DNA from: Psammoneis japonica
Taxonomy: Eukaryota
Direction: 5' to 3'
Assembly: GCA_008632985.1 (NCBI GenBank)
Contig: QPGO01000014.1
Location: 248,001-312,000, forward strand
Length of the DNA: 64,000 bases
In this document: positions 13,301-23,689 of the stretch, in pieces
Layout of the letters: each line of letters begins with the position of its first letter
Numbering within the stretch: the stretch's first letter is position 1
Program-made: the position numbers and the translations under genes
Notes under the pieces: model-generated
What the model was told of the DNA's origin: nothing
The model's input: only the letters and a program-made list of their open reading frames with translations
Databases searched by the model: none

Positions 13301-13499
13301 GCTCTTGCTCGAATCTACCAAGGCGGCGCAAGACGAGTCGGGGAAGAAACAAGGCGGCGTTTTCCGAGCGGAGTTAGCGCAATCGGAAATTGAAGGGAGT
13401 AAATTCGCATCCCTCTGCCGCAGCCATGATGACGGTGTGTCGCCCGCAACCGAATTGATGGCACAAATGCTGGACGGGATTGCGCATGGCATACATTAA
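10311..13499 (+). CDS. NCBP1: Nuclear cap-binding protein subunit 1 (CBP80), MIF4G-like domains
   Basis: 1063-aa ORF with YYSRILLELTRLQP and WFAFHLENTDYQWPAGYWEHW (cf. CBP80 WFSHHLSNFxFxWxWxxW), plus a basic N-terminus. Confidence 0.8.
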   Translation: MDGELNSSRYDKGSRPHHHHHHHHHERRPHRGGRYRGGGGGRHHRQHRHHPYGGGGGRRNNRSSQQQPRGNRFTATKSVDQKTAVMEQLSAMVSRVGDVEPTPENSRADLISKNITDLAKVLCSPNNSELFLGFVKTEESSATTTVDAKEQAGHLAHLVVSCVMALPLQTSTHVGLTLAVHEYAPSGFEGFADRCVTYAMRILSKELDSLHESNSVLRIEHLLRYLVLLGKINVVASGQDDEGSVLSLLQSLVTAARQAVDKNKNVAYLLTHVIFSTIPFLIDYIPSSVIQEQLVEPLETHVFALYKSTYWPGLGKDAILLKQEQKEATEEEEDEEEDSEDDEDDEEAGQRCDTLQDMVRTVKTLLEEEQSPPPMRFSLLSDAPWLGLVAEKKMANSQDGEQNDENPQEDEAEPLVYTDEPLRLALSPDCRSIPALLNGSEELDLSASLQGVVHGRLPMFGGPASDDDDEEEGMEEEAAAPANAQLQAYQKNFGLVDRFFLAHVVRDCLASHKSTVSDSGLERGSAKDTAKQLLTIQQVFAEKDGIEYGIIETVLSLIVQSNDKLMHFYYSRILLELTRLQPQVMAPALVVGVTNLVQDYLPSLVPRARENLSTWFAFHLENTDYQWPAGYWEHWTPYIAQEERNSRGDFCQMALQTMASHVSSISTVCTNCLPQKCTADEALVLLSLVDKTDGKQESDQDVGSSIQQDLETRLWDMSEDADAIREYMVGDEVSETLVSQGQERPGCRSRLVLRALLRPAKQQKERMIQSIRQVKEENQGNDNDDIHMVTDTPQTEEIKHDVLTEITDMLARYKPVLLATLAKDCEGVKASGGDESSLLQAGEAHLLMQLEETTHYSPVILLESVKCLLQNEVLSAMGALRWALRDTGVQGGEGSDGAAKQWWKFVEMALSTCLELRAKDDGDDIGMEVDGDDLESPKPSALSKMLDVVSPLLKYVIERVCKMLSSMDNQDGKLKHTPTEVDLIEGVKQLVLASHSMLLLESTKAAQDESGKKQGGVFRAELAQSEIEGSKFASLCRSHDDGVSPATELMAQMLDGIAHGIH

Positions 13500-13637
13500 G
13501 ATCGCCAACGACGAAACATGCTAATACTTTAAACGTAGTAGTCAAGTGTAGATGGGATAGTATTTCTAGGGTAAAATGAAAGCATCTACATTGTAATCGC
13601 ACGCATGTCATGTACAAAAAGCATTGCATCATTGCGC

Positions 13638-15297
13638 TCATGACGACAGGATGGTAAGTGTTTTTCGACACATGAGCACAATGCCAGTCGATGTCACGAG
13701 GACTCCCACGAGAATGAAAAACAGCGTGATAATGCTTGAATAATTGGAAACATAGCCAGACATGATCGGGAATGTAATCCTCGCAATGGATCCTGCAGCC
13801 GCAAACCAACCCATAAAGAGACCCTGCGGTCTTCTTCCGACAACTAAAGAACAAACGTCACAAACCCAGAATCAGCGTAAGTAACGTTTTATAAAGAAGC
13901 GAGAACACTCAATTGCGACAGAGTCGACTTACTCTTGGAAAACATGCCAATCACGGCAGTGTGTCCAATCGGGTACCCAACGGAATAAATGAGAAAAATC
14001 GCAAAGATATATCTCCAATCGCTTGTTCCCGCACCTTGTTCTACGTTTGTTAAACTCAAAATCCCAACACTCATGACTGTCAGCCCACCACAAATGAGTT
14101 GCACATCAGAAAACCACTTTTCCATGTATCCCATACACAGCAGAGATACGACACCCAAGGTTCCACACGACGCGACAATGGTTCCGGCCCGAGCCGAGTA
14201 CATTTCAAAATAGGTTTCGGCATAGGAAATACCCAGCGTTTCAAAGGACGCAATGCTTCCCTTGGAGGCAACATTGAGCAGCATGCATCCCAACACACAC
14301 GTGTCGTAGGTGGTCAGTCCAATCATGGTGGTTGTGTTTGCCAATTCGTCAATGGCGGTTCGTTTCTTTGATTTCCGTGTGGATGCAGGCTTTGGCTGAA
14401 CAATGCGGTGGCGACCCTGAAAAAAGGCCAAGAGCAAGAACATGGTAAAGAGAACCATGGCAGACATAAAGTAGGCGGGAGCCGTATACATGTTTAATCG
14501 AAAGATGCTGTTGGATTCCATAAATGATAGTAAAGCGAGAGGTTGTGAGCACGATCATCATGAACGAGCACTTGATTTAAAAAAAGAAGAATAGCAAACA
14601 CATACCCAGCTTGATAATCCTTCTCGTCGAGTAGTTTTGTGAATAGCGCTCCAAAAAACGGAGTCACAGTAAAGCCTCCATACTGCACAGCCGTAATAAA
14701 TGCCATATAACTGGTCCGTTCCCGTTTGGCCGTCACATCTGCCACAAAGGCTCTCGTGACACCCAACGTTCCGCTGCCGACCCCGAGAACGGTTTGCGCC
14801 AAAATCAAAACACCATTGCTACCCGCATTCGGAACTTGTGCATACGTCAAGGTCCCACAGAGCAAAATGGCTGTGGATAGTAAAAGCGTATTGGTATATC
14901 CGTGTTGTGTACTCCACTTGCCAAAGACGGGAGACGCCACAACGCGTCCAAAGGAAAACGCCGCCACGGCATAGCCGAGTGTGACTGTGGTGCCTCCCAA
15001 ATTTTCCACAAGTGGCCAAAGTGTCGGAAACATGACACCACGAGCCATGTCACCAATTAAAATGACAAAACAAACCACAAAGAAACCGGGTACATCGTGA
15101 ATGCCGGCGGCTGTCAAGACGGAAGAAAATGTTTTCGTGTCGTCGTCATTGTCGTCGTCGTTGTGATGATTGACTTGCTCGACCACGGATATCATTCGAC
15201 CATCTTCAACCTCCATATTGACATATGGAGTAGTGCCTGATTGGGGACTACCGGGGAATCCATCCGGTTGCGATCCGTTGCCAATGTCGTTCATCAT
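13638..15297 (-). CDS. MFS transporter (MFSD8-like); exons 15297-14606, 14507-13933, ~13843-13638
   Basis: Multiple TM helices, GVGSGTLGVTRAFVADVT, NMYTAPAYF and GRRPQGLFMGWFAAAGSIARI. Two GT-AG introns restore the frame. Confidence 0.85.
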
Positions 15298-15807
15298 GGT
15301 ACGTCAGTGTTGTGTTGTGAGAAAAAGAAAAAGTGAAACAACGTTCAACGTGCTCGCCAGATGTGAGGCGGGCTATCTGCGCTTATTTGATAGCTCTTAA
15401 TGAATTAATATGTTGAATGCTATTCATGTGAAAACTGACTGTCAACGGATAATTCATATAAATTATCAATGCACTTAAGTTCCAATGAATGCGTGACGTT
15501 GGACGAACAGAGTTCTCATTTTTCGTCATCAAAGTCAATTTCTACGTGGACTTTCTGGTATTGTCAGACTTTCTCCGTTCAGTCATTGCTCCGTATCATT
15601 GTACGACAGAATGTGTATGTAGCCTTTCAATATCCAGTCTACGAGTCCACGACCACAGCCGCAAAAGCGCAAAGAAACCAGCCGAATAAAAAATCCAAAA
15701 GCGTGACAGCAAAAAGAGACGACCAACCTTTACACAAAAAAGACGACACACTGCATTACCCGTGTCGCTCTCTTATCGAGACGTATATTGAATAAATAGA
15801 GAAAAAA

Positions 15808-18499
15808 ATGCCGGGTAACAATTCCCGTCAAGCCAGCAAACGAAAGGAACTGGCAGAGCAGGTATGTTACGCGTTTCGCGGTTGGCAGCATTTTTTTACA
15901 CGCGGTATGGATTCAGTAGAATCATACGTAGCCGCGCGCGCTTTTTTTCGATCGAGATCTACTGCGGAACTCGTACAAAATCTTTAGCACCATGACGCTC
16001 ACACACACGTTTTTTTTAATGTTTTTCTCTCGTTAGTTTAAAGATGCTTGTCCTCCTCATAAATTGAAGGATCTTGATCAGCTTGTGAAACAATTCAAGG
16101 GCGATGAAGAGAAAATTATGGCAAAGATTGCAGAATGGTGGGAAGAACCGCAAACTGTGGAACCGGAATGGGAGGATGTGAACAAGGCTTCGAAAAAGAA
16201 AAAGCAACAACAGCAAAAAGGACGAGATGGGAATCATCGTCGATCTGGAAGTGGACGTGGCGGTAGTGGAGGACATTATCGAGAGGGGCGTAGTTCTGCT
16301 GGTAGTGGACGCGGCGGTCGTGGAGAAGGTCGCGGAGGACGCCGCTCTCCTTCTGGCAAACAGACGGCTCCTGCACCAAAGAAGGAGAGTGCTCCGGACG
16401 GTCCTGCGCCAGTGACTAGTGTTCCAGCTCCCAAGGGTGCATGGGGACAACAGGCGCCTCCTGCTCCTCCAGCGCCGCAGGCTGCTCCTACTGCTGCGGC
16501 GGCTGCAGCACCTGCTCAGCCACAGGCAAAGCAAGCTGCTGCTGCTCCTCCTCCTCCAGAAAAGCCGCTGGAGAAGTCTGCTCCTCCAGTTGGAGTTGTT
16601 TCATCCAATGACCCTACACCCTCTGGAAGGACGGGTCCTTCCGCAAAGCCTGCCGCCAGCGGTGGTGGAAATGTATGGGCCACAAAGGGATCAGCTCACT
16701 TGATTCGTGCGGAAAAGCCAAAACCACCGGAACAGCCCAAGAAACAGCAGCCGGTTGTTCCGCCTGAACCAGAAAAGGTTGAGTTGCCACCACCACCACA
16801 ACCGGTCGTGGAGGAATCACCCATTGAATCCTTACCACCACCGTCGTCACCGATTCATTCTCCCGGTTGGAAGGCACAGCCATCTCCGGTGGCAACGTCG
16901 CAGCCTTCACCCGTGGTTGCTCCTGTGGTGTTGCCACCGGCGGCGCCGGAAATTCCGCCGGAACCCGTCGTTCCACCGACCCCACCCAAGCCATCCGTAG
17001 CTCCGGTACTCAATATGGGTCATTGGGGAGACACGGGAGACGGAGACGACGATGCGGGTCAGAGCCTCGATTTTGGATTTGGAGCGTTTGGACCCGAAAA
17101 CGATGTGGGGAGTGTGGAAGAAACGACCACGAGCACGTTGCCTCAAGACAATAGTCTGGATCACAGCAAGGAAACGACTACTACTTCTGCCCCTCCGGGC
17201 GTGTCTCCGGCGAGACCACCACCCGGCTTGTCGATTGGAGGCATGCCACCCATGCCTGCCAATGCAGTGTTGGTACATGAACTTGAAAACAAGTTGGAGA
17301 GTGCCACTCTAAAGGAGAAGGAAAAACAACAACAACAAAAGGCTGAGGCATCGCAAGCAGCAACGACGACGACGACAAGTCAGCCTCCGCCTTCGGCGGC
17401 ACAGCCACAGCCGCAGCATCCAGAAGTTCCACCGCCGGGAACCACTCCCCCGAATTTCAATGCTGGATACGGTGGAATGGGCATGTACAATTACAATGCT
17501 GCTGGGGCTAATGCAGGCTTTGCCGGTATGCCTGCGCCACTCTCGGGTGGTCCCCCGCCGCCTCCACAACAAGGCAAACCCGCTCAGCAGCAACAGCAGC
17601 AACAAAGCATTGCCTCGACTGCTGCGGCCCAGCATTTGCAACAAGCGAGTTTGTACGGAGCCGGAGCACCCGCCACAAGCAACACTGCGGCGGCCGACAC
17701 GGCAGCGTCCTCAACCGACGCGGCAGCTGCTGCCGCTCCCAATATGCCACCGGGTATGCATGGAAACATGCAGCCGGCGTACAACCAACCTCCCTTGTAT
17801 TATGGACAACAACCCTACCAGATGGGACAACCCGGTGTTGGATACGGTTATGGCTACCAGCAATTTGGTGGTGCCGTGCAGGGTGGATTTGCCGGTTATG
17901 GACAAGTCATGGGACAGAGTGCCGGTGGATACGGACAGCCCTATGACGACCAGCCACAGCATCACGGCGGCGGTGGCGGTGGCGGAAGTGGATACCAAAA
18001 CAAGAGCGGCAGCGGCGGCGGTGGAGGTGGATTCCGGGGAGGACGCAACTCGCACCACAATAGTAATCAATACCAGAACCAATACAATCCCCAGCAGCAT
18101 GGAGGCGGATACGGACAGCCGTATGGAATGGGTTATGGTGGTGTAGAGCACTTTGGCCAGAGAGGATACGGTGGTCCCGGAAATATGGATCCATATGGTG
18201 GATACGGACACGGCGGCGGTTCTGGATTTCCTCACGACGATGGCGATGGTCATCACGGAAAGGGTAAAAAGGGTGCCCGGAACAATAATAACAACAACAA
18301 TAGTGGATCGAATCCCAACTTGCAGCAGTTCCAGCAACATGCACCTCATCAACAGCAACTCGGTGGTGGTGGTCAGCAACAACCCTTTGGATTGCAAGGT
18401 GGTCCCGGCGGTGCCGACACGACGACGGCTTCGGGTGGCGCAAGCGGTGCTTGGCCCACCAATCCGGGTTGGGGAGGACCCAATTGGCCTAACGCCTAA
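15808..18499 (+). CDS. Low-complexity P/Q/G/Y-rich protein, UBAP2/Lingerer/Def1/GIP1-like; exons 15808-15861, 16037-18499
   Basis: GT-AG intron 15862-16036 joins in frame. Short N-terminal helical domain followed by EWEDVNKASKKKK, RGG tracts, FGFGAFG motif and a prion-like C-terminus. Confidence 0.65.
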
Positions 18500-18905
18500 G
18501 TACGAGAATCGATTTTGGTTTGACGTTATGCTTCTCGAAAAAAAAAAAGAATCGAACTGAGTGATGACGCACATTCAACTGGTGACGGGATGTGTTAAGA
18601 ATTTAACCAATGAATAAAGCTATACTTTTTTACGTGGAATTTGAGCGAGAATTTAAGTGATGTAGCGTAGTAGTTGTGTTTTGTCACCTCTTTTCTCGTG
18701 GGAGTGCTAGTAACATCGACTGGGTTGGGCTTCTGAGTCGAAAACCACACGTACAATTCGCTGTCGTCATGTCCGCGATGAAACGATGCCTTCATTTTTT
18801 TATACTCGTTTTACATTTACCCTCTAGCTAGAAACTATCGCCCAAATATACGTTCTAGCACATGTACGAACAATCCCATGTTACTATCCCATGCACTCGC
18901 ATCGG

Positions 18906-20645
18906 TCATTTTGGTACGCAAGTGATAAAGGGAGGAGACATTTCCTCTGGAAGAAGCGACCCATGAGCACCCCTACATGTTTTGTACTTTGCCTTTTCTC
19001 GGGGGGATACAAGTGTGCAGTTGTTTGTGGATATGGCTACAAAGTCTCCCAATCGAGGCCTTACTGAATCGAGCGGTGGTTCGGGTCCAAACAAGCCCAA
19101 ATCCACAGCTTGTTCAATCGACAATAGAACAAACGAGGCCTTCAACTCTTTGTTTGATCGCCACAATTCCTGTACTCTTGATTGAAGACCTGCACGACAG
19201 TGAAGATAGGCATGACGCCCTGGTCCGTAAACACCAACATTTGCGTATTCCAGGCAGTCCACGATTGCTTGGGGCAACACCACCAAATCATCGGGCTGAA
19301 CTGTAATGTGACCATGATCTGCGCTGACAATGAGAACAGCATCGAGACGATCCGCACCGTCGTCAATGCCTTTTGCTGACACACCACATTTTGACAACAC
19401 GTTGCCACGATTGCCAAGGAGATCCCAAAATCGCTCCAGCTCCTTGTTTATCCCACACACAACTTTCTTTACTTGAGCGTTGCTCGTACCAAGAGTGTGC
19501 ATGTGCTTGTCCGGATGGGCAGTGTAAAGGTATGTAAAGGTGGACTCATTCTTGGATTCGGCAACAGCAATGGCTCGTAGTGCAGCGTCAAGTCCGTCTC
19601 GAAAGTACTGAATCGCCGCTTCTGCTCCTTCTGGTTGTCCCAAGGTCTCGTACGCAGTCTCGCCTATTGTCGCAGCATCAAACAATGTCGATTCTTTCGA
19701 TTTTGTCCGTGTCGATGACTCACCCATTTGCCATGACGAAAAATCAGTAGCGTGATTGTGCTGCTGCTGTTCGGTGTTCCTACTCGGCGTACTTTCACCC
19801 TGATGCCAATCCTGAAAATCGTCTCCATTGTATGCATTAATGTAAATCATTCTTCTACTCGTATGGCCTTTGACATTTTCGTCAGACCTCTCTCGTATTG
19901 TCTTTGCCCACGGTTTCTTCACAAAGACACGTTCTAGACCATCTGACGATTGGTACCAACTTGCGGCAGGTTCATTGATTCGTTCATTGGTAATAACCGG
20001 TGCCAAAACGCGTAATTGATGCAGAATACCATTTGCTTCACCGGGATAGTCACATTCTGTAAAGTCTCTCAAATCCCAACCAGGCATCCCGTGTTGTCCG
20101 GGCCATGCAGCCGTTGCCAAGGTGGTGAGAGCTGCTGGTGTTGTCGAGGGAAAGACCGCTCGCAACTGGATTGACTTGTTTTGGTGCCTGTGCAAAAAGG
20201 AATCTTTTGACAAGTGCTGATCCAAAATGTTATTTCCCATTCCATCGCAAAGGCAAAAGATTATGTGCCTTCGTTCTTGTGCCGATGCCCCGCCTATTAT
20301 TTCATTCGCAAGTTTCTGGACGGCCTCTTGATTGACACACGCTGATTCTTCCGTCGGTGCAACACCACAAAAGGAAGCAAGTGCGGTTGCCAAGTCTGTA
20401 AAGCTGGCGACAAACAGATCGTTCTTTTCTTGAGAGCAATTATCGGAATTCTTTTGAAAATGCTTACAAGACAGCCACGGATGCAAAAATTTCGACGATG
20501 CAAAAAGCTCTGAAACTCGCGCAGCTTCGTCGTCCAGTTCGAAGCAGCGATCTTTTGCTTTTCTTTTCCTTCGAATCGTATTGACTAAAACACAAACACC
20601 GATCAAAATGGAGGTCGTCGTCAGGACTGCGGCGGTTCGAGACAT
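18906..20645 (-). CDS. Alkaline-phosphatase superfamily nucleotide pyrophosphatase/phosphodiesterase
   Basis: LCDGMG, VFPSTTPAALTTLATAAWPGQHG, HPDKHMH, VSADHGH and GAHGSL motifs, with an N-terminal TM anchor. Confidence 0.85.
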   Translation of the reverse strand: MSRTAAVLTTTSILIGVCVLVNTIRRKRKAKDRCFELDDEAARVSELFASSKFLHPWLSCKHFQKNSDNCSQEKNDLFVASFTDLATALASFCGVAPTEESACVNQEAVQKLANEIIGGASAQERRHIIFCLCDGMGNNILDQHLSKDSFLHRHQNKSIQLRAVFPSTTPAALTTLATAAWPGQHGMPGWDLRDFTECDYPGEANGILHQLRVLAPVITNERINEPAASWYQSSDGLERVFVKKPWAKTIRERSDENVKGHTSRRMIYINAYNGDDFQDWHQGESTPSRNTEQQQHNHATDFSSWQMGESSTRTKSKESTLFDAATIGETAYETLGQPEGAEAAIQYFRDGLDAALRAIAVAESKNESTFTYLYTAHPDKHMHTLGTSNAQVKKVVCGINKELERFWDLLGNRGNVLSKCGVSAKGIDDGADRLDAVLIVSADHGHITVQPDDLVVLPQAIVDCLEYANVGVYGPGRHAYLHCRAGLQSRVQELWRSNKELKASFVLLSIEQAVDLGLFGPEPPLDSVRPRLGDFVAISTNNCTLVSPREKAKYKTCRGAHGSLLPEEMSPPFITCVPK

Positions 20646-21379
20646 TTTTTAGAGTAAAAGTCAATGACGTCGTGTGATGTACGAGTAGCACTCTGCCCTG
20701 CCTCGATCCGTGCACAGAATCGGTACTTCTCGCAAGTCTTTTCTCCTTCGTTTCGAGCTCGGATGAGCGATCTTTGACTACTGTTGCTGAATCTCACGAA
20801 TGTAGCATGAGCAACCTAGGCCCTACAGTAACGTTACCTATTCATACCGCAGTTGGGAGTTTGTCAGGACGTCTTTGTCTTCTGATCTCATCGTCATTCA
20901 TCCGATTTCACAAATTCCAAAATTTTCATTCGCTGTTTTAGACTGCGATTAGAGAGTCTATCTATGGGGCTACGACTAGCATAAAATGCAATATGATATA
21001 ATCATTGACATATAAAAAACATTGATATGATTTATTAATGACGTATATACAAGAATGTTGAATGACTGCATATGACTTTTTGTGTAAGATTTGTACTGTT
21101 CTACGCACTTAACGAACAAAATACTGAGGCAATACATAGAATGACTCTTCTTAAGTACGAATTCAAATGAAGGTCATGCCCACGCCCGCCACGCCATTTA
21201 ATCAAACATTCGAGCATAGATGAAGTACTATTCAAAGACGGAGTTGACAAACGGAGTATGGACGGTTGAATGTGTAACATCTACAAAAACATCTAAATAG
21301 TTGAAAAGTATAGACTTTTGTGAGACATTTGTGTATGTAACACATGTAAAACCTGCTATTTGTTTTGGCAAGAACCGTT

Positions 21380-22870
21380 ATCGTTAAATAAAGGGGTACA
21401 TAAAATCCAATACAAAATGTCTGACCGGTATAACAGGTACGTTTATGCTAGTCGTAGCCTCATATGGTGTATTGGAAGGGGCGGTGCGTGGGTCTGAAAT
21501 GTGTGGCGGAAGGGTCGCGCGAAGCGCGATAGGGGATGGGGAGAAAAAGGGTGGACCGAGAGTGCGGACAGACGGTTGACAGGAGGAGTTGGTAAATGAC
21601 AGTGGGGTGGCGGAGGAGAAAAGCTTGATGCGTAGAAAGATGGGTGGAGAGAGCAAAGCCAAAGTTAAGGGTGGTCGGTTGCTGCTTTTTTTAGCTCAAA
21701 TTCGGCTGAGTGGCTCATGTTTTGCAGCATGATTTTTCCTGAATTTCACCGTGCTTCACCATGGTGAAAACAACAAGCCACAAGTCTGTGACGGAGGTGG
21801 TCCGTCTGCCAACTCTCACCCATTTTATGTTTGTGATGTGTCAAAGATTGCACACACATGAAAAGTTGGTAGATGGCAAACTGCGTTTTTGAGAAATGTC
21901 AATGATTGTCATCATCGTCGTGCTTCGATCGTGGTGCTGATGGCTCTCGTTTTCGTGCGCGATCGGGTGTGACTGTGTGAACAATTCTTGCATTCAAAAA
22001 TGAGCACTGTGAAAAACCTCGCTCAAATGCAACAGCAATTTCAGGATGAACGTGGGGATGACCCCCCTCAAGACTGAGGATTTGGGAGGCCCAAAGCGAG
22101 GGTGTTGAAGTGTGGTGTGAAGAGCCAAAGCTGTCTTGAGAGAGTTGTTTCCAGGCCACGTTGGAGTTGGCAAGGAGATCGGAGGGTTCGAGGAGTGAGT
22201 TGGTGCAGGTGGAAAAGGATGGCTGAGAGTTGGAAAAGGAGGCAGGACTTGTCCAGGGTGGTTTGGGAGGAAGGGGTGGCATGGACGAAGAGGAAGTTTT
22301 GGCAGAGGTGCCAAAGAAAAAGGTGCGGAGGTGGCAGTCGATGCCACCAAGGTGGTCGAGGATGAAAGGGAGAAGGAAAAGACCGGCTTGGTTGACAGCT
22401 TCAATGATGTCGGATCTGTGAGCAGATGATGCAGAGCAGCCGAGGAGCTTGTCCCGTGTGCTGCTGAGGTGAGCCTTGTTAAGTGGGTTTTCAGGGGCAG
22501 GCAAACCAGGTGCAGGAAGCGGGGCAGCTGGCGGCACAGTGGCATCTGTGGCCAAAAATTGGTGGGTGGATGGGGCATTGGGTGGTGCAGAGCCAGGGGT
22601 GAGTTGGGCGCCTGCGTCAGCGGGGCGTTTGAGGGGGTGGTCAGATGGGAGGCCGGCAGGGTCAAGGTGTGGTGCTTGTTGTCGAGAAGAGCACAGGCCG
22701 CAGAGGGGGGCCAAAGTTTTGATTGTGGTGCAGACGGTGTCTCAGATGTGGTTCGAGAGATGGCTTTTGTGCATTTTAGAGCAGGCAAAGGCATGGTCTC
22801 CACAAGGGTCAGGGCGGGTGTGGCCGCATGGGCAGTTGTGTTGGAGCAGGTTGAAGATGTTGCAGGGAGG
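21380..22870 (-). mobile_element. 5'-truncated non-LTR retrotransposon 3' end with restriction-like endonuclease domain (degenerate), split by an insertion
   Basis: Minus strand reads CPCGHTRPDPCGDHAFAC (CCHC knuckle), NHI*DT, RPAD, LATDATV, LPFILDHLGG and WASQILSL, which continues LNFGFALSTH beyond the 21669-22067 insert. Confidence 0.7.
21669..22067. mobile_element. 399-bp non-autonomous DNA transposon, TTAA target duplication, GG...CC termini (Kolobok-like)
   Basis: aaag-TTAA|gggtggtc...gacccccc|TCAA-gact. Removal restores the reading frame ILSLNFGFAL of the host retroelement. Confidence 0.65.
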
Positions 22871-23689
22871 CGCAGCTTGCGTAAGAGAAGGAGTGGTGGC
22901 GGGGTCATTCGGGCATTTGCGCGCGACTTACATTGGACTGGCATGCAAACGGACAAGTGCGCATGGTGTTGAATTCAATTTTTTGTTAAAAAAAAATCAT
23001 CACATCATCACAACTGTCATTTTTCTCACAACAAAAATTGAAAATGACTGAAAAATTGCCACATTGCACAATGCGGCAGCGGAACAACCCACGAACAATG
23101 TTGGACGCTGTTGTTGGCAGCTTTGTGTGTCGCTCTGTCATGCGTCATGTGTTTCAGTCTCTTGACATGAGATGGGACAAACAGCATGGAAAATCAACAC
23201 CCCAACATGCACCCGCCCTGTGATCCGCCGTGTGGCTTGCCAGTCAGTGTGGGCAAGCATTGCTGCCTCCGCATTTGCCAATGTTTTCTCACCCTCCAGC
23301 GGGGATGCCCATCACTTCAGTTCCTGTCACTGAGCATTCTTTTGAGCCACCAGTGCCACACCCAACTTGGAACCCCCACCTCAATTGGTTTTGGAGAAAG
23401 ATTGGATCTGCTTTTTTTCAAGGTCGGAACATTTTGAAGCAATCACCATTCTGTCAATCTATTCTCATTCATCCTGATGTAAACGAGGGCTGGTTGCATT
23501 CTCTTTTGCGTCAACTTCTCAATGATGGGCTGTTCAAGGTCACCTCAGATTGTGGCAAGTGTGAGACACATGATCCGTTGACTCTTTGTGCCTGTGCTGA
23601 TCAGTGCAACTGCAAAAAGACTGACCGTGTTTTGAAAACTTCAGCAGACAAACTGCCAGAAATGTGCTGTTCTCCATCCTTTCAATGCA

